A DNA stretch of 64,000 bases from positions 1,459,490 through 1,523,489 of the forward strand of contig OY762956.1 of assembly GCA_963667055.2 (NCBI GenBank), written 5' to 3'. A program made the position numbers and the translations under genes. The notes beneath the pieces are model-generated. The model was not told the DNA's origin and did no database searches. It worked only from the letters and a program-made list of their open reading frames with translations. This document shows positions 1 to 12,000 of this stretch, one piece after another; position 1 is the stretch's first letter; each line of letters starts with the position of its first letter. This DNA is from Dehalococcoidia bacterium (lineage in GTDB: Bacteria; Chloroflexota; Dehalococcoidia; Lucifugimonadales; QGNO01).

Positions 1-2
1 AC

Positions 3-3000
3 GCAATCACGGGCTACGAGTATCGGTACAGGGCGTTGGCGGGGACGACTGACTGGCGGCCCTGGGTGACGATAAGCGCGTCGGCGACAAGCGTGGACGT
101 GGGGAGTTTGATCAACGCGCAGGAGCATGAAGTGCAGGTGCGGGCGGTGAATTCCGATGGGAAGGGCGCGTCGGCGTCGATTAAAGGGACGCCGGTGGCA
201 GTCCCGTCCACACCCGCCGGGCTGACGGCCAAGATGGGCGGGACTCAGGCCTTCCTCTCGTGGACGAACCCAAACGATTCGTCGATTACGTCCTACCAGA
301 TGAGGACGAGGACGGGAAGCGCGGCGGACATCGTAGTGGGCACGTATGCGAGCAAGAAGCTGACGCTGGAGTGGACCGCCCTCAACGACTCCAGCATCAC
401 CAAGTACCAGTACAGCCTCAATGCGAGCACCTGGCTTGACATCACGTGCGCGGGGTCGGGCTGCCCGCAAGGGACCCCGATGTCCCACACGTTCAACCAG
501 TCTCTGACATTCGGGCGGGAGTACACCTACCAGGTGAGGGGATTCACTTCGAACAACACTACGGTGGCTGTGACCGGGTTGAAGGTGTGGGAGGAAACCA
601 GCACGAGCGCGACGGCCACATCGCACACTATTGCGGGGCTGACCAGCGGGACGACGTACAAGTTCCACCTGAGGGCGGTCAACTCAACCGGGAACGGCCT
701 CGACGCAACGGTGACGCCGTCGGCGTTGGCGGTCCCGTCCAAGCCGGCGGGATTCACGGCCACGGCGAAGAACGCGTCCGTTGACCTGGCGTGGACGGAC
801 CCGAATAACAGCAGCATCTCCGGGTGGCAGTTCCGGCAGTGGACCGGGAGCAACGCGGACTTCGTGGTCAGCGTCGGCGGAGGACAGACGTTTACCCTGT
901 CGTGGACCGCGTCCAGCACGTCCAACATCACCAAATGGGAGTACAGCGCGGACGGGAGTAATTGGACAGGCATCTGCTGGACTGCGGCGAATTCGGGCTG
1001 TCCGTCGGTTACTTCGCACACCTTCTCCCCCGGCGGTTTGTCGGGGCTGCCCAGCGGAACGTATACGTTCCAGGTGCGGGCGGCGGTGTCGACCGGCACA
1101 GCGCCGACGGTGACGAACCTGGAGGCGTGGGAGACTGTCAGCACGAGCGCGACGGCCACTTCGCACACGGCGACGGGGCTGGCCAACGGCACGGAGTACA
1201 AGTTCAAGGTGCGAGCGGTCAACGCGGCGGGGAACGGGGCGGACTCGGACGAGGTAAAGTCGACGCCGGACTCGCCGCCGTCGGCGCCGACGGTCACCGC
1301 GACGGTGGGCCACGGAACGGCGACGCTTTCGTGGACGCTGTCGCCCGCGGATTCGTCGATCACCTCGTGGGAAGCGCGGCACAAGCTGACCACCGCCAGC
1401 TGGCCGACCACGGGCGCGCTGGGCTGGGCCGGCGTGACGGGGACCAAGCAGGCGTTGAAGGGCAGCTACCGGGCGGGCACCGGCGCCCCCTATCTGCTGC
1501 TCACCTGGACCAACCTCAACGACTCCTCCATCACCAAGTACGAGTGGCGGAGCCGCCGCACCGGGACCCAGACCTGGGGCGCCTGGACCGAAATCTGCAA
1601 CACCGCTTCCAACAGCGGCTGCCCCGCCACGACCAGCCTCTACGTCAACAGCGGCGTGGTCCCCAATGTGAACAACGACATCGAGGTGCGGGCAACCACC
1701 CGCGACGCAAGATCCCATACCGTGGAGGGCCTGACCAACGGCTCCAACTACGATTTCCAGGTGCGCGCCGTCAACCCGTCCGGCAACGGCGCGCCCGGCG
1801 CGGCGCAGGCTACGCCCCTGGCAAAGCCGTCCGCGCCCACGGTGACCGCGACGCCCAGGAACGGCAGCGTCATCCTGGCGTGGACGGACCCGAGCAACGA
1901 CACCATTACCAAGTGGCAGTACCGCTACAAGGGCGCGGGCGGCTACGGCGCCTGGACGAACATTCCGGGGAGCGACGATTCAACCACTACGTTCACCAGG
2001 ACCGGGCTGACCAACAACACGGCCTACACCTTCCAGGTGCGCGCCGTGAACTCGTCAGGCGACGGTACGGCGTCGGCGGGAGTCTCGGTCACGCCCGTCG
2101 CAGTGCCCACGGCGGCAACGCTGGCGTCGGCCGCGCCGTCGGGCAGCGCATCGGTCGTCCTCACGTGGACGTACTCCGGCAGCGCATCGGCCACAAGCTG
2201 GGATTACAGCAAGGACGACGGCGCAAACTGGACGGCCGTGCCTTCCAGCGGCGCGTCCACCCGCACCTATACCGTGCCCAGCCTGACCAGCGGCACGACG
2301 TACACCTTCCGGGTGCGCGGCGTCAACAGCCTGGGCAACGGCGCCGAGTCCAACGCCCTACTCGCCACGGCCGGCGTACCCGCCGCGCCCGCGGGCCTGG
2401 CCGCGGCCGCGGTCAACGGCCAGACGGCGCTCACCTGGGACGACCCGTCCAACTCCACCATCGCGTCCTACGAGCTGCGGGGCCGCGCGGGGACCGGGGC
2501 GGACTTCGTGGTGGGCACGGGCGCAAGCGGGCAGACCAGGCTGGAGTGGGCCAACCCCAACAACTCCAGCATCACCAAGTACCAGTACAGCGCGGACGGC
2601 TCCAACTGGACGGACATCCCCTGCACGTCGCCTTGCGCGGTGGGGACGCAGACCGATTACACGGTGACTGCGACGCTCACCAGCGGGGCGCACGTGACCT
2701 ACCGGGTGCGCGGCTACATCGCGGCGAACAACACCGTTACGGTGACGGGGCTGAAGGCGTGGGCGCAGATCAGCACGAGCGCGACCTACTCGTCCCACAC
2801 CGTTACGGGGCTGACCAACGGCACGGCGTACACCTTCAGCCTGCGGGCCAAGAACTCCACGGGCTACGGCGACAGCTCATCGGTCACGGCTACGCCCGGG
2901 TACAAGCCTCTTGGCCTGACGGCGGCCATAAACACGTCCACCGACACCTCCGTTGACCTGTCCTGGACCGCCGCCAGCGACTCCACCATCACCGGCTGGC

Positions 3001-6000
3001 AGTACAGCAAGGATGACGGCTCTACATGGGCGAATGTGCCTAGCAGCGGCGCGTCCACCACGTCGTACACGGTGACGGGGCTGTCCTACGGCAAGACCTA
3101 CCAATTCAAGGTGCGGGCCGCCTACTCCGTCGGCAGCAGCCTGGGGTCGGACGCCGCCACCGCCTCCACCAAACCCGCCAAGCCGACCGGGTTCTCCGCC
3201 ACGCCGAAGCACCAGGGCGCGGTCCTGGAGTGGACGGATCCCGGCAACGGCACGATAACCGGCTGGGAGTACCGGCAGAAGGACGCGGGCAGCTACGGCT
3301 CCTGGACAGCCATTTCAAGCAGCAGCGCCACAACCACCACGTTCACCAGGACCGGGCTGACCAACAACACGGCCTACACCTTCCAGGTGCGGGCGGTGAA
3401 CGCTTCCGGCGATGGCGTGGCGTCCGATGAGGCGTCGGCGACGCCCAAGCCGGTCCCGGCGGCCCCCACGGGCCTCTCGGCGACGGCGCGGGACAAGGCC
3501 GTGGACCTGACCTGGACGAAGACGACGGATACGACGGTCACCGGCTACGAGTACCAGCGGAAGTCCGGCGGCGCCTGGGGCGCAACGTGGACGGCCATCA
3601 CGGACAGCGACAAGGACACCGTCTCTCACAGGGTGATTAGCCTGGCCAACAACACGGCATACCAGTTCAGGATTCGCGCCGTGAACTCCTACGGCAACGG
3701 AACGGCGTCGGCGGAGGTCTCGGCCACGCCTGTGCCCCCGCCTGCCGCGCCCACGGGGCTGACCGCGACTGCGGAGAGCGCCGGCGCGCTCCTGGACTGG
3801 GACAACGCCAACGACACCACCATCACCAAGTGGCAGTTCAGGTACAAGACTACCGGCGGCTACACCAGTTGGTTCAACATACCGAGCAGCGGCGCCAACA
3901 CCGTTTCCTACACCAAGACCGGGTTGACCAACAACACGGCCTACACCTTCCAGGTGCGCGCGGTCAACCCGTCCGGCAACGGCGCGCCGTCCTCCGAGGC
4001 TTCGGTCACGCCGCGCCCAGCGCCCACCGCTCCGTCGCTGACTTCGGCCGCGCCCGGCGATTCCCAGGTCGCCCTCTCCTGGACGTACTCCGGCAGCCTC
4101 GCGGCCACCGGGTGGCAGTACAGCCAGGACGACGGCGCAAACTGGACGACAGTGCCTTCCAGTGGCGCGTCCACCCGCTCCTACACCGTGACCGGCCTGA
4201 CCAACGACACCGAGTACACTTTCAAGGTGCGCGGCGTGAACAGCTACGGGAACGGGGCGGAGTCCGTAGGCGTGAAGGCTACGCCCATCGGCAAGCCGGC
4301 CAAGCCGACGGGATTGACGGCGACGCCGAAACACCAGTCGGTCGATCTTACGTGGAGCAACCCCGGCAACTCCACCATCACCGGCTGGGAGTACCAGTAC
4401 AAGACCGGCGGCGCTTACGGCTCCTGGACGGACGTGCCCAACAGCACGGCGTCCACCACGTCCTACACCGTAACCGGCCTGACCAACGACACGGCCCACA
4501 CCTTCAAGGTGCGGGCGGTGAACGCATCGGGCGACGGGACGGCGTCGGATGGGGCGACAGCCACGCCGAAGAGTTCGCCGGCTAAGCCGACGGGGTTGAC
4601 GGCGACGGCCAAGGCCGCATCCGTTGACCTGGCCTGGACGGATCCGAATGACAGTACCATCAACAAGTGGGAGTATCGGAAGAAGAGCGCCGGGAGCTAC
4701 GGGTCGTGGACGCAGATGTCCACCTTGGCCACTGCCGCCAGTTACACCGTCGGCAGCTTGACCAACGACACGGAGTACACCTTCCAGATACGGGCGTCGA
4801 ACCAGTACGGGACGAGCGTTGAGTCGGACGAGGCGACGGCGACGCCGATGAAAGTTGTGCCTGCGAAGCCAACGGGGTTCACGGTGACGGCGAAGAACAA
4901 CAGCGTCATACTGGCGTGGGGCAACCCCAGCGACACCACAATCACCGGCTGGGAGTACCGCTACAAGACTACCGGCGGCTACACCAGTTGGACCAGCATA
5001 CCGAGCAGCGGCGCCAACACCATCTCCTACACCAAGACCGGCCTGTCAAACAACACGGAGCACACGTTCCAGGTTCGCGCCGTAAGCTCCACCGGCGACG
5101 GCGCGCCGTCCGACGAAAAGAAGGCCACGCCGCGCCCCGTGCCCACGGCCCCGGACCTGAAGTCCGCCACGCCGGGCCACGCCCAGGTCACCCTCAGGTG
5201 GGTCTCCCCCAGCATCGCGGCCACCTCATACCAGTACAGCAAGGATGGCGGCTCCACCTGGACGACGGCCACCTTTTCCGGGACGGTGGGCACGATCACC
5301 TCCACCGTGACCGGCTTGACCAACGGCACGGAGTACACTTTCAAGGTGCGCGGCGTGAACGCATACGGAAACGGGGCGGAGTCCATAGGCGTGAAAGCCA
5401 CGCCCCTCGCCAAGCCGTCCAAGCCCGCAGGCTTCACCGCCACGGCCAAGCATCAGTCGGCAGACCTGGCGTGGACGGATCCCAACAACAGCACCATCAC
5501 CGGCTGGGAGTACCAGTACAAGACCGACGGCTCTTACGGCTCGTGGACGGACGTGCCTGGCAGCACGGCGACGACCATTTCCTACACGGTAACGGGGCTG
5601 ACCAACGACACAGCCCACACCTTCAAGGTGCGCGCGGTCAACGCTTCCGGCGGCGGCGCGGCGTCCGATGAGAAGTCGGCCACGCCGAAGAGCTCGCCGG
5701 CGAAACCGACGGGGTTGACGGCGACGGCCAAGCACCAGTCGGTCAAGCTCACGTGGACCGACCCCGGCGATTCCACAATCAACAAGTGGGAGTACCGGAA
5801 GAAGTCGGGCGCGGGTAACTACGGCTCGTGGACGCAGATGTCCACCTCGGCCACGGCTACATCCTACACCGTGACGGGGCTGACCAACGATACGGAGTAC
5901 ACCTTCCGAATCCGGGCATCGAACTCCTACGGCATCGGCGCGCCGTCGGACGAGGCGAAGGCCACGCCCGTGCCTGTGCCCGCCAAGCCCACGGGCCTCA

Positions 6001-9000
6001 CCGCCGCGGCCAAGCACCAGTCGGTCGATCTTACGTGGAGCAACCCCGGCAACTCCACCATCACCGGCTGGGAGTACCAGTACAGGACCACCAGCGGGTA
6101 CGGTTCCTGGACGGACGTGCCCAACAGCACGGCGACGACCACTTCCTACACGGTAACTGGGCTGACCAACAACACGTCCCACACCTTCAGGGTTCGCGCG
6201 GTGAACTCCGCCGGCGACGGCGCGGCCTCTGACGGGGCGTCGGCCACGCCCGTCCCCGTCCCCGCCAAGCCCACGGGCCTTTCGGCGTCCCCCAACAACG
6301 GCCAGGTCGTCCTGTCCTGGACCAACCCCAACAACGCCAGCATCCAGAAGTGGCAATACCAGTTCAAGAAGACCGGCGGGTACTTCAAGTGGCGCGACAT
6401 GACCAACAGCGACGCGTCCACCGCGTCCTACGCCGTGAGCAGCCTGAGCAACAACGTCACCCACACCTTCAAGATACGCGCCGTCAACAACAGCGGCGAC
6501 GGCGCGGCCTCTAACGAGGCATCAGCCACGCCCGTGGCCGGCGCTCCGGAAGCGCCCTCCCTGAGCGCCGCCGGCGGCGACGCCCAGGCCGCGTTGAGCT
6601 GGAGCAAGGGCGGCTCCACCCACGTCGTTAGCTGGGAGTACCGGCGGAAGAAGGGATCCGGCAACTACGGCAGTTGGACGGCGGTGCCAAGCTCCGACAA
6701 CTCCACAACGAGCTACACGGTTACGGGCCTGGACAACGGCGCAACCTACACCTTCCAGGTGCGGGGCGTGAACACCTCCGGCGACGGCTCTGTGTCCGAT
6801 GAGGTGTCGGCTCCCACGCTGCCGTCAAAGCCGTCGAACCCGACCGCCGCCGCCAAGACCGGCAAGGCGGCCATCCTGTACACGGAGGGCCAGGTTGACC
6901 TGACCTGGACTGACCCCGATAACGACAGCATCACCGCGTGGCAGTACCAGTACAAGTCCAAGCCCGACGGCGGCAGCTACGGCAGCTACGGCGCCTGGAC
7001 GGACATGACGCCCACCGCGTCCGGCAACAACCTGACGTTCACGATAACGGGCCTGACCCACGGCACGACGTACCGGTTCAAGGTGCGCGCCGCCAACGCC
7101 GCCGGAAACAGCCCGGCCTCCAACGAGTCCGCCGAGGCCAAGCCCGCGCTGCCCACGCCGGCCAAGCCCGCGGGCCTGACGGCCACGCCGAAGGTCCAGA
7201 AGGTCACGCTGAGCTGGACGAACCCCAACAACTCCACCATCACCGGCTGGAAGTACCGGCAGAAGGAGGGCAGCAACAACTGGGGCGGCTGGACGGCCAT
7301 CTCCAACAGCGACAAGGACACCACGTCCGTCGAACTGACCGGGCTGACCAACGACACGACGTACAGCTTCAAGATTCGCGCCGTGAACGCCTCGGGCGAC
7401 GGCGATGAGTCGGATGAGGCGACGGCCATCCCACGCGCCCTGCCCGGCAAGCCTACGGGCTTCAACGCGAGCGGTCGCTTGGGCAGGGCCATGTTGGCGT
7501 GGACCGCGCCCAGCGGCTCCACCGTCACCCACTGGCAGTACCGCTACACCTCCAGCGGCGCAAACGCCATCACGTCGGCGGCGTGGGCCGATGTGCCAGG
7601 CAGCGCGGACAACACCACTAGCTTCAGCACGCCGCCGCTGTCGTACAACACGAAGTACCACTTCCAGGTGCGCGCGGTGAACGGCAGCGGCCCGGGCGCG
7701 GCCTCCGACACGGACTGGGCAGTCCCCGTCGCCGCCAAGCCTTTCAAGCCCAGCAGCTTCACCGCCACCAGCGGCGACGGCCAGGCCGCGCTGCGCTGGT
7801 ACAACACCACGAATCTGTACGTCAGCCCCTACTTCCACTCCTGGCAGCACCGGGTGAAGGAGGGCAACAACGCTTGGGGCGACTGGGTGACCGTGAACGA
7901 GGAGAGTACGTCCAGCAGCGACAGATGGCACACCAGGACCCTCACGGGCCTGGACAACAACAAGACCTACACCTACCAGGTGCGCTCCGCCAACGGCCTG
8001 GGCCACAGCCCAGTCTCGGCGGAGGCGTCGGTCATACCTCTGGCCCGCCCGACCAAGCCCGCGGGCCTGAGCGGAACCGGCGGCGACGGCAGGGCTACGC
8101 TGTCCTGGACGGCGGCCACCGACGTCAGTACGACGGGCTGGGGCTACCAGTACCTGGCGTGGCGCGTCGCCAACGACGGCACAGAGGCCATACCCGGCAA
8201 CGCCCAGGTAACGCTGAATTGGACGCATACGGACAACACCAACATCTCCAAGTGGCAGTACACCAACTACAACCACACCCCATGGACGGACGTCTCCGGC
8301 GGCGCGTCGGCCCGGCAGGTGACCGTGAGCAGCCTCACCAACGGCACGGCCTACACCTTCGGGGTGAGGGCCTTGGACTCCGGCGGCAATCTCGTCGCCG
8401 GGACCGCCAAGTCCGCGGTGAGCGCGATGCCCACGGCGGCCGGCGGCTGGCGGCACGTCTCCAACAGCGACCACACCACCACCAAGGCGACGCTGTACCT
8501 GGCCAACGGCGCGAGCTACAAGGCCCGGATACGCGCCAGCAACAACGCCAAGCCCAACGGCATCGGCCCCGCCTCCGACGCCGTGAGCTTCTACCTCATC
8601 CCCGCCAAGCCGTCGGGCTTCGCGGCGGCGGGCGGCAACACCCAGACGACCTTGTCGTGGACCGGCGCGGACAACTCCACCATCACCAAGTGGCAGGCCA
8701 GGATGCGCACGGGTAACCTCCCGGACTTCGTCGTGGGCCGGGGCAGCAATACCGAGGTCGCGCTGGAATGGACGGGGCCCGAGAACGGCAGCGTCACCAA
8801 GTGGCAGTACAGCGCCGACGGCAGCAACTGGACGGACATCTCGTCCAGCAGCGCGGCCACCAGGTCCCACACCGTCACCGCGAACCTGACCAGCGGCACT
8901 CCCTACGTCTACCGGGTGCGGGGCTACGTCTCTTCGAACAACACCGTTGCCGCCACGGGCCTCAAGGCTTGGACGACGGTCAGCACGAGCGCGACTGCCG

Positions 9001-12000
9001 CTTCGCACATCGTCACCGGCCTGGTGAACGGCATCTCGTACAAGTTCCAGCTGCGGGCGGTCAACGCCGTCGGCGCAAGCGCGCCGTCGGACGAGAAGGC
9101 CGCCACCATGTACCCGGCGCCTCCCACCAACCTGGCGGCGGAACCGGGCGACTCTCAGGTGGTGCTGGTCTGGGACGACCCCAACGACTCCTCCATCACC
9201 GAGTACGAGTACCAGCAGAAGGAAGGGGCTAGCGGCAGCTACGGCTCCTGGACGGACATGACCGGTTCCGGCGCAAACACCATGTCCTACACCGTGACCG
9301 GCTTGACCAACGCCACGCAGTACTCCTTCAAGATACGGGCGGTCAACGCCATCGGCACCGGGGCCGCGTCCGGCGAGGCGTCCGCCACGCCCCAGCCCGC
9401 CCCGTCGCAGCCCACGGGCCTGACGGCCAGCGCCGCAGGCACGACCGTAACGCTCAATTGGGACACGACCACGGACACGGCAATCGACAAGTGGCAGTAC
9501 CGCCAGAAGGAGGGCATCCGCAATTGGGGCGCCTGGGCCAATGTCTCCAACAGCAGTTCGTCCACCAATTCCATGACCCTGCCCAACCTGGACGCGGGCA
9601 CGGTCTACTACTTCCGCGTCCGCGCCGTGAACACCAACAACGTGGCGGGGCCCGGCTCGGCGGTGGCCTCCACCGCAACGACGCCCCTCAAGCCCACGGG
9701 GCTTGTGGCTGTCATCGGCTTCCAGCAGGCCACTCTGTCCTGGAACGACCCTCAGTACCCGTCCATCACCGTGTGGCAGTACCGCTACAAGTCCAAGCCC
9801 AAGGACGGACAGTTCGGCAGCTACGGCGACTGGACGGATATGTCGCCCAGCAAGGCCGACACCAGGACGTTCACGGTGACTGGCCTGACCAGCGGGACGA
9901 CCTACGCCTTCCAGATTCGCGCCAAGAACCCCGCGGGCGACAGCCCCGCGTCGGACGATTCCAACCAGGCCACGCTCCCGGTCCTTCCCGGCGAGCCCCA
10001 GAGCCTCGTCGCCGACAAGTCGTACAGGCAGGCCACCGACGACTTCCAGATAACGCTCAGCTGGACGCTGTCGGCGGACCCCACCATCATCCGGTGGCAG
10101 TACCGGAGCGCCTTGGCGGGCGCCGACCTGAACGCCGCCGGCTGGACGGACATTCCCGCAAGCGACAAGGACACCAGGAGCTACGTCCTGCCCCATAGCA
10201 TCACCGGGGCCGGATACCAGTTCCAGGTGCGGGCGGTCAACCTCGGCGGCGGCGGCGTGGCCTCCAGCGTCGCCAGGGTAACGCTGACCCCGGCGGCCGC
10301 CACCCTCTCCACGATAACGACCGTATCCTACGACACGTCGGATTTGGACTTCGACGTAACGCTGACGTGGGCCGCGCTGAACCCGGCCGACCCGTCCATA
10401 AAGAGATGGGAGTACCGCGCCGCCACCGGAGACGCGGACACCACCGACGCGGGGTGGACGACGCTGCTGGGCGCGGCGCCCTGGAAAACGGCATCGGGCA
10501 CAACCCACTCGTCCACTTCCCACGAGGTGGAGGGCGTGAGCGGCGAGGTGATGCGCTTCCAGGTGCGCGCCGTCAACCGCGCGGGCGACGGCCCCGCGTC
10601 CAACGCGGAGCAGGTGACGTTGCTGCCGGACGAGCCGGTGAACTTCAAGGGCAATGTCACGCAGACGGGGGCCAATCAGGCCACCCTGACCTGGGACGAC
10701 CCCCAGGACGAATCCATCAGCAAGTACCAGTACCGCACAATGGAGGGCAGCCTGGCGGCGGTGGCCGCCGACGGGCAGGCAACCCTCTACTGGCAAAACC
10801 CCAACGACTCGGCCATCACCAAGTGGCAGTACCGCTACAAGTCCAGGCCGGCCTCCGATGAGGAGTTCGGCAGCTACGGCTCATGGACGGACATACCCTG
10901 CGCTTCCCCGTGCCTCGTCAGGACTCTGAATTCCTACGTCATCACCAACCTGACCAACGACACGACCTACACCTTCCAGGTCCGCGCCGTGACCCAAACC
11001 ACCTTGAAGGAGCTCCCCGCAGTGGTCAGCGAGAGCATCGCCAGCGTGGGCAGCGCGGGCGAGATCACCCTCTCCTGGGCAGACCCCAGCGACAGCGACA
11101 TCGTCAAGTGGCGCTACCGGGTCAGAGTTCTCCCCGACACCGGCGAGCCGGACAATCTTGCCGTCGTCACCGCCGGCGGCCAGGCAACCCTCTACTGGGT
11201 GAACCCCAACGACTCCGCCGTAACCCGGTGGCAGTACCGCCGGAAAGAGGGAACGGGCAGCTTTGGCAACTGGACGAACATACCCTGCTCCTGGCCGTGC
11301 GCGGCCAAGACCCAGAGGTCATACACCGTCACCGGCCTCACCGACGGCACGGCCTACACCTTCCAGGTGCGGGCGGTCAAGCCCAACGTGGAGAGACCCC
11401 TTGCGGCGGTGGGCAGCTGGAGCATCGGCAACATCGGCTCCAACGCGCGGGTCACGCTGTACTGGGCCAGACCGAACAACAGCAGCTTTATCGACAAGTA
11501 CCAGTACAGTACCGACGGCAGCACGTGGACCGACATACCCAACACCGGCTCCACCACCACCTCATACACGGCGACGGGCCTGGCCGACGGCACGGAGTAC
11601 ACCTTTGAGATACGCGGCGTGTCGCAGAACGGCTCGATCGTGACCACCGCGGGGCCGTGGAACTTCACCGCCTACACCGCCAGCAACAACAGGGCGACGC
11701 TCACCTGGGCCGACCCCAACAACAGCAGCATTGTGAAGTACCAGTACCGGAGCAGGACGGGAATGGGCAGCTTTGGCAGCTACTGGACGAACATATCCTC
11801 CAGCGACGAAGGGACCACCTCCTACAACGCTTACTGCGCCACCGGGCGGGTCTGCACTGTGGAGGTGCGGCCCGTCGTCCATCCCGCCTCCGACCAGGCC
11901 ACGGCAACGCCTCCCAACGGCACGACGTCCAACTTCGTAGCGGGAACCGTGGAGGGCGGCTGGACGGACGTCTTGACCAGCCCCAACTTCAGCCCGTCCA

